Virus record (IMG/VR): IMGVR_UViG_3300027365_000007
Origin: a virus
Lineage: Duplodnaviria > Caudoviricetes
Reading direction: 5' to 3' (one strand)
DNA: 64,000 nucleotides
Both the position numbers and the translations under genes were made by a program. A model generated the notes under the pieces. It was not told where the DNA came from and did not search any database. It saw nothing but the letters and a program-made list of their open reading frames with translations. This document shows positions 47,483-60,300 of this stretch, in pieces. Every line of letters starts with the position of its first letter. Position 1 is the first letter of the stretch.

Positions 47483-50400
47483 ATGGCAAAGCGACTATAT
47501 TTTAAAGATTATTACTACTTGCAAGGCAACAACGTACATGTACATGGTGTAGGTGGCTTGAAAGTACCTTCAGGGGACACATCGCAACGCCCTGATGTCA
47601 TGGAAGCGACTATGCGTTATAACACCGAAACCAATTCATGGGAACTAGGTACGCATAACGATATGTTGATCTTCAACACCAATGATGATGGTACTAGTTC
47701 TTTTTACAGCAAAAATGGTGGTGTTCTCCATGGTGATGTAGTAATAGAAGATGGGCATAAAATACAAAATGCTGACGGTAGCTACATACGTCCTAGTTAT
47801 ACCTTTGCCAATGACTTGGATACAGGTCTATACCGTAGTGCAGAAAACACCATAGATGTTGTGGTTGGTGGTGAATTTAATTCGAATGAAGTTCCTGCTA
47901 TTCGCGTTACTAGAAATGGATCATTGAGTGGTGATTATGATCAAACTGTTGAAATCAATGCTGAATTGGTTATTAACGGTAGCATTACAAATGTACAGAG
48001 TACAGACCTTGAGGTCGAAGACAACACGATCACCTTAAACAAAAATGGTATCAATGCTGGAAGATCTGGCATTGAAATAGAAGCTAATGGCGCAATTGCG
48101 TCACGCTTTTACTATGATTTCGCAAAATCTAAATGGTCAACAAATAATATTCTCATCACTGACCAACCTGATCCTGTGGTTGCTAGTGATTCGGCAAACA
48201 AAAACTATGTTGATGTTGAAATTCAGACTTTAGACGACGATCTCACTGCTGTAATAGAACAGAATTATCAGACACTTGACCAGAAGATAGATAATGAAAT
48301 CACCCGTGCGACTAATCGCGAAAATACTATAGAGAACAATCTTAATGCTGAGATTACCCGCGCTACTAGTGAAGAACAACGCATTGAAACTAAGTTTGAT
48401 ACTGCTGTATCCGATCTTCAATCAACAGATAGTGATTTACAGACACAAATCACGGATGAAGTGAACCGTGCCACTGGTGAAGAACAACGCATTGAAACTA
48501 AATTTGATACGGCTGTATCAGATCTTCAATCGACAGATAGTGATCTACAAACACAAATCACTAATGAAGTAAATCGTGCAACTACACGTGAAGATGATTT
48601 ACAAACACAAATCACTAATGAAGTGAATCGTGCAACGACTCGCGAAAACAATATAGACACCGCATTAACCAATGAGGTTACACGTGCTACTGGTGAAGAA
48701 CAGCGTATAGAGACTAAGTTTGATACTGCTGTATCTGATTTACAGACAATAGATAGTAATTTACAGTCACAAATCACTAATGAAGTGAATCGTGCCACTG
48801 GTGAAGAACAGCGCATTGAAACTAAGTTTGACACTGCTGTTTCTGACCTTCAAACAACTGACAGTGATCTACAGACACAAATCACCAATGAAGTAAATCG
48901 TGCTACCACACGTGAAGATGATTTACAGACACAGATCAATGGTAAAGAAGATGAGTTGGGTTATATTCCAGAAGACTCAGCTAATAAGAGTCAACCAAAT
49001 GGATATGCAAGTTTAGATTCTAATGGCAAAGTTCCTACATCCGAACTACCCAATTCAGTCTTTGGTGGTATTTCTTATCAAGGATCTTGGGATGCAGTCA
49101 ACAATACTCCTATATTACAATCTGGTGTTGGTACAAGAGGTGAATACTATAAAGTAAGTAATGCTAGTACAAATACCACATTGAATACTACGCTGGACGG
49201 TGAGAACGATTGGTCCATAGGTGATATAGTGCTTTTCAATGGCAGTGTATGGGAAAAGTTTGACCAGACAGATAAGGTTACAAGCGTCAGTGGTGTTAAC
49301 AACACTACACCTAAAGTTGGCGACGTAATACTAAGCTTGGAAGATGTCGGTGCTAGTTCTTATGGTGCAGATCTATCAACAGCCACGGACGCTCTGGATG
49401 CCCGTAACAAGCTACTATTAGGTACCGCGTCAACATATGATGTTGGGACTGCTGAAGGTGAAATACCAGTCCGTGTAGCAAGTGGTGCACTTACTGGGAA
49501 CTTGTTAGGAAATGCAAATACCGCATCTACCTTAGAAACTCCAAGAACATTTAATTTCTTGGGAGATGCTACTGGTTCTGTGATTTTTGATGGAAGTTCG
49601 GATGCTAATATAACCCTGACCGTACAGGATGATAGTCATAACCATATCATTTCTAACATTGATGGTCTACAGACTGCGCTTGATGGGAAGTTGGATGGAA
49701 ATGCGATTGCGGTTAACTCTGAACTTCTAGATGGTGTGAGTTCTGAACAATTCTTACGCTCAGACGTTCCTGATGAATTAACTTATAACAACCTTGGACT
49801 GGGTACTGGACTGACTTTCGGTGTCAATACTGATGGTACCGTTACACATAGCGGCTTAGTTCTAAAGGCAGGTACAAATCCATCGTCAGGTGATCGTTTA
49901 TTTACGATAAAATCCGAAGGTGAGTCACCAAGGCTCATTGTAGAACATGATGGTGCTGTTAAAACATCTAATCCAGATATGTATGTTAATGTTGTACCCG
50001 ATGGTTCTGGCGGATACCGCGTTTATCATGATAATTATCATCCGGTTGCTGATGCGTTGAGTAATGCTATTGATGTTACACTGTCTGGTGATGTTACAGG
50101 AACTATTAATACTGATTTCTCGGGCAACGCAAACATTACCACTACTGTAGTGGACAATAGTCATAATCACATTTGGGATAATATAAGTGATAAACCTGCT
50201 CCTACAATTACTTTGGATGGTGATGTAAGTGGTTCTACCACTCTTACCGATTTAGCTGATGGCACTATAACGGTTGATATTGATGATACATATAATCTTA
50301 TTGTTGTTCCTACGACTTCAAGTTACCCCGCTGTATCCTCATTACCGGCTAGTGTATCCGCAATAGATGCGTACAACTCTCCTGACAACCCAGATGGTAG

Positions 50401-50875
50401 TAATCACTGGACTGGTATTACTGTTTTAAATGACAGTGCGTCAAACAGTAATGGTTTCCAGTTAATGACTCACTGGAATAATGAATTAAATCAACCATCG
50501 AAAAGAATATCAGTACGAACTAAAGATGATACACAAACAATCTTTGGAGAGTGGAGAGAAATTGCTTGGTATGATGAAGTTCGCAATGCTAGTTATGAAT
50601 ATAAATCTGAAGAAGTAATTTCGGCATCTGGTACAGTAGTTATAAACAAAACAGATGTTTTTGGAACTGATGACATTAGTACACTAGGTATTGATTTACG
50701 AGATATAAAAATAGATGTAAAAGTTTTAGATACAACTTCTGGAAGTCCAACCAATGGTATGTGGATAGATGCTAGTGCGGTAGCAACATACGGCATTAAT
50801 ACTACCAATGAAACAATAACTATTATTAATGAATATACCAACAGTTTAACATTTTATATTAGGATATCTCTATAA
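47483..50875 (+). CDS. Virion fibre/structural protein with coiled-coil repeats (1130 aa)
   Basis: N-terminal LKVPSGDTSQRP...MRYNTET; central 18/36-aa repeats; ASLDSNGKVP motif; fibre-like C-terminal half. Confidence 0.8.
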   Translation: MAKRLYFKDYYYLQGNNVHVHGVGGLKVPSGDTSQRPDVMEATMRYNTETNSWELGTHNDMLIFNTNDDGTSSFYSKNGGVLHGDVVIEDGHKIQNADGSYIRPSYTFANDLDTGLYRSAENTIDVVVGGEFNSNEVPAIRVTRNGSLSGDYDQTVEINAELVINGSITNVQSTDLEVEDNTITLNKNGINAGRSGIEIEANGAIASRFYYDFAKSKWSTNNILITDQPDPVVASDSANKNYVDVEIQTLDDDLTAVIEQNYQTLDQKIDNEITRATNRENTIENNLNAEITRATSEEQRIETKFDTAVSDLQSTDSDLQTQITDEVNRATGEEQRIETKFDTAVSDLQSTDSDLQTQITNEVNRATTREDDLQTQITNEVNRATTRENNIDTALTNEVTRATGEEQRIETKFDTAVSDLQTIDSNLQSQITNEVNRATGEEQRIETKFDTAVSDLQTTDSDLQTQITNEVNRATTREDDLQTQINGKEDELGYIPEDSANKSQPNGYASLDSNGKVPTSELPNSVFGGISYQGSWDAVNNTPILQSGVGTRGEYYKVSNASTNTTLNTTLDGENDWSIGDIVLFNGSVWEKFDQTDKVTSVSGVNNTTPKVGDVILSLEDVGASSYGADLSTATDALDARNKLLLGTASTYDVGTAEGEIPVRVASGALTGNLLGNANTASTLETPRTFNFLGDATGSVIFDGSSDANITLTVQDDSHNHIISNIDGLQTALDGKLDGNAIAVNSELLDGVSSEQFLRSDVPDELTYNNLGLGTGLTFGVNTDGTVTHSGLVLKAGTNPSSGDRLFTIKSEGESPRLIVEHDGAVKTSNPDMYVNVVPDGSGGYRVYHDNYHPVADALSNAIDVTLSGDVTGTINTDFSGNANITTTVVDNSHNHIWDNISDKPAPTITLDGDVSGSTTLTDLADGTITVDIDDTYNLIVVPTTSSYPAVSSLPASVSAIDAYNSPDNPDGSNHWTGITVLNDSASNSNGFQLMTHWNNELNQPSKRISVRTKDDTQTIFGEWREIAWYDEVRNASYEYKSEEVISASGTVVINKTDVFGTDDISTLGIDLRDIKIDVKVLDTTSGSPTNGMWIDASAVATYGINTTNETITIINEYTNSLTFYIRISL
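48295..48935. repeat. Tandem 54/108-bp coding repeats
   Basis: Four copies of RAT(S/G)EEQRIETKFDTAVSDLQ(S/T)(T/I)DS(D/N)LQ(T/S)QIT plus several NEVNRATTRE(DD/NN) units, with high DNA identity. Confidence 0.9.
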
Positions 50876-53800
50876 TGTCAGTAAATGTACCGGCTTATAA
50901 TTTAAATGGACAACAAATAAAAGAATTATACGGAACGACGGAAACGCCTTTTGAGTTTTATTATGGTACAGGTACTGGAAGTCAGCCATCATTTGAATTA
51001 ATTCAGGAAGATTCATTTAACATATATTTCTATAGGAAGACTAATACTGGTCAACTTTATTTGATGGTTGTGTTCAACAAATACACACCTAGTAGAGTGG
51101 GACAGCCGGGAGGTAGTATTTCCTTTACTATATCTGGATTGAGTTCTGGATACAATATAGAGTTTTCAGATGATTCTGCTGAAGCATTTACGATTATAGA
51201 CTCTGATAGTATATCTAACTCTTATGCATGGCAACGTGACCTTACTGATGGATTCGCTATAGAGTTGATTGAACCTATCAATACGTTAACTATAGATGTG
51301 ACAGCGTATAATAATATCAATCAATTTAGTTTTATAGATAATAATGAACAACTTTATACTATTCCGTTTTCGCAAACAACACAATTAATTATACAGCCGA
51401 CGCAAATAACTTATGATGGTGATATTTATTTAGACCCGCCTGCTGGAATATATCAAGTACCAAAGACTATTAACGTGTACTTATCCAATGATGTACAAGA
51501 CACTATTGTAACAGATGATGGTACTACGCCTACATTGGCTGAATATATAGCATATGATGATCTTGACCCTCCCAATCCATTTATAGCGGTGGTACAAGAC
51601 GGTCGTGGTAATGTTACATTTGATGGCGGGTTTCCAAAATTTTATAATACATATGCACCAACATACGCTGCCGAAAACTTAGATTTTGAAGCATTAAGGT
51701 TTTCTGCTAATTGCTTAAGTACCTCTGGTAATTCATATGCATACGATATCATAAACTATAATTCGGTGACTATTCAAAGTGGGGATACTCTTGAATTTGA
51801 AATATACATCGAAAATGATGCTAATGAATATCGGGCATCAATAGGTGCTGCTATTAGTGATGGGTCAAATCTGCGGGATAAAAATATTGTCGATCAGAAT
51901 GGATTTAGAACACATCCTTCGGACGAGCTTACTGGATACGCAGATAACAAATGGTATGCACGGGTTTTCGATCTCTCGTCACTAAGTGGATTAAGTCTTA
52001 ATAACTGGACTGTGGGTATAGAAGCAGATACACAAAGTCTTACTCATGCATATTATAGAAAAGTATTTATAAAAGATATTGACGGTAATGTAAGGTTTAC
52101 TATATATGATGGCAGTCTTGGTGTCTCTCAAATATTAAACTCTAATGTCAATAATTATACAATCACTGTAAAAGAAACAAAGGTGGTAGAGCCTGCGTTT
52201 AAATATTTTTATAACGTACTGAACTTTATTAGTAATAACGATAAAGTTGCTGCGGGAAATAATAAAATATTGTTTTTGGGTGATTCTAATAGTAGAGAAA
52301 CATATAACATAAAAGACTATCGTAGTAGCGACTTCGCTGTGTCTATTGAAAGAGTATGTCAACTTGCTGGCTATGAACCAGTTATACGAACATCGTCGGA
52401 TTTTGGTAGTACATTAAACCCTAGTTATTCTTTTTTAGAAGAGCATTGTGCTGTTGTGCTGTTTTCAACAAAGTTTACTAATGCTTCAACGACATACATG
52501 ACCTCACAGGCAGTTAATAACTTAATTTCTTATCGAGAAGCGGGAAATGGTATTTTTATAGTTACTGATCATGGTACTGGACCTGATGGATTTTATGTAA
52601 CTGCTAACCAATTAGCAAATCAGTTCGGTGCATATTTTGAAGGAAACTATAATCGCAGTCCAGTTAACGTAGGTTTTTTAAGAACTACTTATGGTGATCA
52701 CCCTCTATACAACAACATGAGCGATCAAGAATTTATATTTGCTGGTGCGTCAGAATCTAGAGTTTTTGTTACTGAATATCCTTCTTATGATAATAGTACT
52801 ATTCCCGATCAAAATTTATCCAATCCGGGGTATATCAGTTATAAATTTTTAATTCGGGACGCCAGTAACACACTGCAATCGCTAAACTATACCTACGGTT
52901 TGCAGGTTGCTGAAATAGTTAATTTTTTAAATGATCAAGACCAAGTGATTACAATTAAAAATATAGGTGTTGAAAATAGAGCCTCTATTGATTTTCAAAT
53001 AAATGATGCTGGATTAGGAAATGTAAATGGTCTAGTAAAAAGAAATGGTATTGTAGTAGGGGATGTCTTTTTTGATGGAACCACTCAGGAAGTTCAATAT
53101 TATAGACATGATGGTAATGAAATAATTGTAGATGATGGAGATATTATTAGTGTAGAAATAACTTCACCTTTGCAGTATACAAAAAACCTTCAGATAGAAC
53201 GGTTTCAACCCAATGTTGGTGACGTTTATTCTTATTCAAGGTTTTTGTCAGAGATAAACAATCCAGACTGGTTTGAACAGAAAGTTAATCGCAATGAATT
53301 TTCAGTACTGGACAACATGAATTATAACCGTTCATATAGAAGAGCGTATAATGTCGAGCGTATACGTGGATATATAAACAACACAGGTGAGTTGCCAGAA
53401 GCTACGGCCTTGGTATACTCTAGTGCAACTGATGCACAAAATGCATTGGGAACGGTATCTGAGCCCACACAACAGGAAATATTTAACCAATTTGGTGTAT
53501 TTGCTTCTGGTGGCACTGGCGATCAATCCTATTATGAAACTAAGGCATTAGCACCTAACACTGATCCGTATTCGACATGGGTTTATAACACCAGTACAAA
53601 TGCTATTGAACAGACGGCGAATACTGGTTATTATACTGGCTTCGTGAGTCCAGAAAAACTAGATCGATATGTATTAGAAGTGACAGTGACATCACCGGGT
53701 GGAGATGATGATGGTATAGGTGTTGTTGCGGCGCATTTTTGGGATGCGACGAATTCTCAAAACTATACACTTTCGTTTGTTGTGAATAATGGTGGATTAT

Positions 53801-54324
53801 TTGGTGATATAGGACCAATTGTAGCCGTTAAAAATTTCAGAGGTATAGATTATAAACTTCTTGATTACAGTACGCACGTTGCGACATATTCAAATGCATC
53901 CGGTGGTAATGGTTGGTCTGGAAAACGCATGAGAGTGAAAGTTGAGAGAAATCAAAATATTATTAAAATGATAGCAACCAAGTGGAATGATTTGAATAAC
54001 TATGATCCGGCGAGTGAGATAATAATAGATATTAACGCTGATGTAGATTTATCCATGTTTAGTGATCCAGCATCATACGGCTATTCATCGAACTCACAAG
54101 CGAGTAGTACTTTTGAAAACATAAGTTTCACTGGTGGTGTCAATTACGACTTTGTTGTTGATATGCAAAATCAAATTGTATATCGCTATAATAGTGTATC
54201 GCTTGAATGGGAAAGTACTGGTATCACTGTTCAAGACTTATATGGATATCCTAGAACCGTAAGAAATCCCAGTAGTGGTGAGACTTTCTACATAACGGAA
54301 AACAATGTAACCCAAATTAATTAG
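50875..54324 (+). CDS. Virion structural or receptor-binding protein (1149 aa)
   Basis: TAATG-coupled; N/S/T/Y-rich multi-domain beta protein; DPPNPFIAVVQDGRGNVTFDGGFPKFYN motif. Confidence 0.7.
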   Translation: MSVNVPAYNLNGQQIKELYGTTETPFEFYYGTGTGSQPSFELIQEDSFNIYFYRKTNTGQLYLMVVFNKYTPSRVGQPGGSISFTISGLSSGYNIEFSDDSAEAFTIIDSDSISNSYAWQRDLTDGFAIELIEPINTLTIDVTAYNNINQFSFIDNNEQLYTIPFSQTTQLIIQPTQITYDGDIYLDPPAGIYQVPKTINVYLSNDVQDTIVTDDGTTPTLAEYIAYDDLDPPNPFIAVVQDGRGNVTFDGGFPKFYNTYAPTYAAENLDFEALRFSANCLSTSGNSYAYDIINYNSVTIQSGDTLEFEIYIENDANEYRASIGAAISDGSNLRDKNIVDQNGFRTHPSDELTGYADNKWYARVFDLSSLSGLSLNNWTVGIEADTQSLTHAYYRKVFIKDIDGNVRFTIYDGSLGVSQILNSNVNNYTITVKETKVVEPAFKYFYNVLNFISNNDKVAAGNNKILFLGDSNSRETYNIKDYRSSDFAVSIERVCQLAGYEPVIRTSSDFGSTLNPSYSFLEEHCAVVLFSTKFTNASTTYMTSQAVNNLISYREAGNGIFIVTDHGTGPDGFYVTANQLANQFGAYFEGNYNRSPVNVGFLRTTYGDHPLYNNMSDQEFIFAGASESRVFVTEYPSYDNSTIPDQNLSNPGYISYKFLIRDASNTLQSLNYTYGLQVAEIVNFLNDQDQVITIKNIGVENRASIDFQINDAGLGNVNGLVKRNGIVVGDVFFDGTTQEVQYYRHDGNEIIVDDGDIISVEITSPLQYTKNLQIERFQPNVGDVYSYSRFLSEINNPDWFEQKVNRNEFSVLDNMNYNRSYRRAYNVERIRGYINNTGELPEATALVYSSATDAQNALGTVSEPTQQEIFNQFGVFASGGTGDQSYYETKALAPNTDPYSTWVYNTSTNAIEQTANTGYYTGFVSPEKLDRYVLEVTVTSPGGDDDGIGVVAAHFWDATNSQNYTLSFVVNNGGLFGDIGPIVAVKNFRGIDYKLLDYSTHVATYSNASGGNGWSGKRMRVKVERNQNIIKMIATKWNDLNNYDPASEIIIDINADVDLSMFSDPASYGYSSNSQASSTFENISFTGGVNYDFVVDMQNQIVYRYNSVSLEWESTGITVQDLYGYPRTVRNPSSGETFYITENNVTQIN

Positions 54325-54385
54325 AAATAACTAGCCTCAAATTGTAGCTATAAATAGATTATATAGCAATATAACGGAGTAATAA

Positions 54386-57300
54386 ATGGCTGATAAAAAT
54401 ATTAAGAATTTCCTACCCTCGGTTTTTCAAACTAATAAAATTAAAAACTTCATGGATTCGACTTCAGAAACGTTGTTCAGTGACAACAATTCTGAAAATC
54501 GTTCCTTTTTTGTTGGTCGAAAAATCGGTGGTTTATATGATCCGCTTAAAGATTATTATGCAGAAGAAATCAGTAAAATCCGAGAAAATTATCAACTAGA
54601 GCCTTCGCTTGTGATCCGTAATACAGACAGCCGTGAAGTGAGTGATGTATTATTTTACGAAGATCTACTTAAGAGTCTGGAAAATTCAGGTTCGCAGGTA
54701 CAAGATCATTCCAAGCTCTTCAGTTCTAATAAGTTTTCTTTTGCGCCTCCAATTGACATGGATATGTTCGTCAATTACTCCGATTATTACTGGTATCCAG
54801 AAGGCGGTTTTGAGATTAGGGTTGACGCTAATCCCAATGACTTATATGGACGAATTGCGGCTACTGTACGTATCATACAAACGAATGAACCGCTTGAAAT
54901 CTCATCAGGTATGCACTTAACTCTTAATGATGGAAAGACATACATTGTAGAGGGTGTTGGTGTTTATATTGAATTGATAGAGTTTGACCCTGATAATAAT
55001 AAACCCTTTATGATTGATAGGGTTTACAACACTACTGAAACATCAAATGATGTAATCGAACGCTTTCCCGCTGAATACATTACCATGGAACGTGGTGCAT
55101 ATGATTACAATCCATGGTCACGTAATAACTCATGGTATCATAAAGACGTGATCAACAAGGTAATTGGTCAGGAACGTTTTTATGCAGAGAGATCAAGAAG
55201 GGCTCAACGTCCCATCATTTGCTTTCAGAAAAACATCGAACTATTCAACTATGGTAACCATATTGCTTTTGTAAAAGCGATTGATACAACATTAGATACT
55301 GATATGGGTGGAGCAAGTATTGAACTCAATGATACGGTTATTATCCACGGTGACAATACCATATATCAATATGATGGGAATGCTTTCATAGCGTATAGCA
55401 CTGCATCACATGGGGATAAGGTGGCTATCTATGAAGGTACAAATAAAGCTGATGAATTCAAGTGGGATGAGATAGAGCAGGACTGGGTTTTATGTCAAAG
55501 AAAACTTGATGTCAACCAGCCTATTAAATTCAATTTGTATGATAGTGCTGATAGTGATGCGACATTATTCTCAGATGAATTCAAGTATCCCGAAAGTACT
55601 TTCAATGGGTGCGAAATCTTTAGATATGGTACATCAAATGTTAGTATTGAAGATCCTGTGCTTGGCTTTGGATTGAAATATAAAGCGTTCAAGGAGTCGT
55701 CTGACATTGTGTTTGAAAATGCCATGACGGATGTTTATTCTTATACGGTGGGTAGTAATGAACATACCATTAAAAACGGCTTCTATAAAATCATAAACCC
55801 AAATAATATTGAAAGAAATAATATTATCAAATTCACTATTGGTAAGAACTATACAACTGGCGAACCTGTTGTATATATCAACGGGCGTGAACAGAAAAGT
55901 CTTATTTTGAAGGCTAATACCCAGTATCGTCTTGACTATACCGATAGTAGTACGACTGTACGTAGCTGGTATGAAAAGTATAGTCCCATTGAGATTTTGG
56001 ATGAAAACGGTACTCAGGTTGTGCGCCCAACACACGCTGATTCTTCGAATAACGACGTACTTATATCATTCTCTGAGACATCCGCTGGTGGATATACTTA
56101 TAAAACCTCTTATTATGAGGGGAAGATTCATGTTATTAATGAAACGGTTGCAGACTTTTATTATGGAAATTCGTGGGAAAGATCAACAGATACTGACGTT
56201 ACCTTAAAGCTAGAAAAAACTATTAATAATGATGACGATCTTAAGATTGGTCTTACCTATACTCCGAGAAATGATAATGCGATCAGAGTTGTTTATAATG
56301 GCGATGTTTTAGGCAAATCGTCGTATTATTTCGATGTCAGCAATGTTGTTATCACTGATATTAGTAACGAAGTTGTAAAAGGGGATTATGTTGAAATATT
56401 CTATACAACTAATGACCCAGTGTCAGTCGATTCTGATGAAATACAAATGGTTCATCCGAGTTTGAATAATAACCCAATGAATGATGATATTGTTGATTTT
56501 GCGTATTCAGAAGTATTTGACCAATTTCGTTCTATCATTCGTAACCAGCCGTTCCTTAAAGGTACTGCACTTACTGACAATAATTTCAGAGACACTGTAA
56601 AAGATGGTTCGTTGGGTACGTCAATACTGAAGCATGAAGCGCCAATGGTACCGCTGATGTTTGCAAATACGTCAGATGAGGCGGATGTTATTGAATCCAT
56701 CATTAGTGCAAAAGAATACTATAATAATTTCAAAAATTCACTTGTAGTGGCGGCTGATGAATACAACAGATCATATGATATATCTGATGCAAATGTTAGA
56801 GATATTTTCGATGACATCGTTGAGACAATAAATTCAGGGCGTCGAAAGACGGACCCATACGCGTATTCTTATATGTTTGCAACATACAATAAGTATACCA
56901 ATGTAAACTTTGACAATAATGGTGTTGCGAGTGAATTCTTAAATATCGATATTGATTCAAATGAGCTATACATTTATACCAATGATGGTCTTCGTCTGGT
57001 CGATATTGATTATCGTATTGAGAACGACGATACCACGTTAAACAGCACATTAATTCCATTGACATTCGAGCTTTCTGAAATTGTCGAAAGTCGTTATTAC
57101 CAAGATATGGAACCATCGTTTTGTGCGCCTACGCCAATGAAGTTTGGCTTAGATAGGCCAAAACAACCAACTATTGTAAAAGACGAAACATACCTAAGTG
57201 ACAAGCACTTCATCATAGGACACGATGGTTCTAAGTTTTTGGCATATTCGTCCCAAGAGCAGATTAATACCGGAAAGCTTGATGGACGTGATTTATTAAT

Positions 57301-60300
57301 TCTTGAGCTTGAAAAGCGAATATACAATGGTATTCGTCCCGAATTTAAGAATGAAAGTAAGTCTATAATTAACCTTAGTGATGTCACACCTTCTTACTAC
57401 AAGGATCTTTCTGCCACAAAAGAATTTATCGAAAGTATTGAGTTTAAATTCTTTAGTAAGTGGTGTAATGACAATAATATTGACTATACTGAAAATAGCA
57501 CGTTTGATATCAATAATGAGTTGACTTACAACATACCAGACTTTGAAACCGACAATGGTGTGGTTATTGGTGGTCATTGGAAATCTATATTCCAATACTA
57601 CTATGGTACGACTATACCAAATAAAGCACCATGGGAAATGTTAGAATTTAAAATAAAACCATCTTGGTGGGAAAGTCAGTATGGTACAGATTATTCTAGT
57701 AATAATACTACCATGTGGACTGATATTGAAGAAGGTATAGTACGGCAAGGTGTGCGAGAGAATGTTAGCTTTGACGAGTACAAATCTTCTGATAACCGCC
57801 TTCGAAAGGATGGATTGAATGAAATCTTACCAGTTGATTCAAATGGTGATTTAAGGTTACTAACTGATATTGGCTTAGTTGATCCTGCTACTTTCAACTA
57901 TTATACTATTAAAGATAGTTGGTCTTTTGGTGACCATGGACCCGTAGAACAGGCATGGCGTAATAGTTCGGATTATGCTTTTGTCAAACAGGCGGTATAC
58001 TACATCATTAAACCATTACAGTATGTAACAGAAGCATGGGATACAAAACTAAGCTTCAATCTTCCATCTGGTGAGGTACACAAGCCAAATGAAATGGGGG
58101 TTCATTCTTTTATTGATGGAAGTTCAGATTTCAAGTATGTACCCGGAATATCCCAATGGTTGTATTCGTACTTACAGGTGAAAAACTTATCAGGCGAGAA
58201 ACTTTTGCGCGATAAGTTTTATCAAGCATCTGTTCAGCTATCGCATAAGGTTGGTGGATATGTTGATTCTACTAACATCAGAATCTCAACAGAAACATTT
58301 AACCCAAGATCAGAAAGTAATATCACCAATATCCCATCGGAAGATATCAGTGTGTTACTACATGAGAGTAAGGATATAGCAACTGAAACTTATAGTGGTG
58401 TACTTGTAGAACGAGTTGATGCAAATAAAACCTATTATAACTTTGTCGATGGACAGATATATGATATTAATGAAATCACATACAACACAGATGATAAGAA
58501 TTATTATCGATTAGTTAATGATCATAAGAAGTATCCTGAATGGATAGCGTTCGCTGTATACACTAAGGGTAGGGTAGTAATATTTGCTAATAGACTGTAT
58601 GTATGCCTTGAGGACCATCGAAGTAATGACCAAGAATTTCCTAATGAAAGCTCCAAGTGGAAATTACGAGGTTTTGTTCCAAGTGATTGGGCTCTATTAG
58701 CTGGAAAACCACCTGCTAAAACCACCCATTTTAAAGTATACGGTTATGATCTGTACGATTCTGGGTTCAGAACAATACCTGCAAGTGATGTGTCGAAAGA
58801 GATAGACATAACAGTACCTACTGTTGATAGTAAGCAAGTTCCAGTAGTAACATGGGAGCCTGATACTAAGTACTACAAAGGTCAGTACATGAGAATGGAC
58901 GGCAGTAATCTGTTTATTTGTCGTGTTGATCATATCTCGACAGAAGTCTTCGATGTAGCATATTGGTCCAAGGCGGACAAACTACCATATACCAATATGG
59001 CAAGCGTGAATGTCAAAACAGATGGTGGTGCTAAGATCACTTATGTACCTTATGGGACTGTTTTCAAAACAACTCAAGAGGTTTCCAATTTCTTATTGTC
59101 ATATGGTCGTTACCTAGAACATAGAGGTTGGAAGTTTGATTCGTATGATTCACAACGTAAGAAGATGAAAAACTGGAAACTATCAGTTGAAGAGTTCATA
59201 CGATGGGCGTATGAAAATAAATCATCTGGTAGTGTAATTGGTCTTTCGCCTATATCTGAAGATATACGATTCAGTACGTCACATGGTGTGCCTAGCATAA
59301 CGAGAAATAAAATCAATACTCCGGTGACGTTACTTGGTCCGAAGGGTAATGTGATTGATCCAAAAAATTCAGAATACAATAGACTGGGTGGTGTATACCA
59401 CGTAATGGCCAGTGAACCAGTATTTTATTGTAAGCTCTCAATTAAAGAGTACGAACATATTATTACTGTTAATAATCGTACCGTTTTCAATGATGTTATA
59501 TACGACCCTGAGTTAGGTATACGTAAAGATCGTCTGAAGATCAGAGCTTTAAAAACAAAAGCGTGGGATGGTCGTTTACGTGCTGAAGGATTTATTATTA
59601 GTGGTGATAAGATCCTACCGAACTTTGAGACATCCATCTCAGATATCAAATCTATATCTGATAAAGACGATATATCTATACAGGACATTTATAACCGCCT
59701 TAAGTACCATAACTTCGGCTATGAACAGCGTTCATATCTTGAAGGATTATCCATGGATGATAAAGCTCAAATATCGTTTTATGAAGGTTTTATTCGTCAG
59801 AAAGGTACTTCCGAAGCGTTTCAAAGACTATTAAGGTCTTCCGAGCTTGATGTAAGCGATAATATGAAGATCAATGAAGAATGGGCGTTTAAAGAAGGTG
59901 AGTTTGGGTCAGTAGAGACAGATCAATGCATTGAATTAAAATTCGACAATACCGATATGAAATCCACACCCCAGCCGGTGTATCTTGAGTATAAACAGGT
60001 GTTTGATAACAAAAGAGCTACCGATGTTTATATTGATATTCAAGATCAGGATAAGTGGATATCTAAGCCTAAATCATTGGTTGATGGTAATATCTTCGTT
60101 GAGTCGAGTTTTGACAAAGTGAGAAAGTTCCCAACAGCCGGATATGTACGATGGTCTGATGCCGACTTTAAAGCGTTCGCTCTAAATGGTTTGGGTTCCG
60201 CCATAAAAGAATCTAATCGTAGCATCCTAGAAGGAATGAGAGCATGGATAGCAAAAGATAGTTCCGAGCAATATGGATGGAATGTTTATCATAGTTCCTT

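Noticed and set aside
48295-48935. CRISPR-like array from regularly spaced repeats
   Set aside because: The repeats are in-frame coding units with synonymous variation and no unique spacers.
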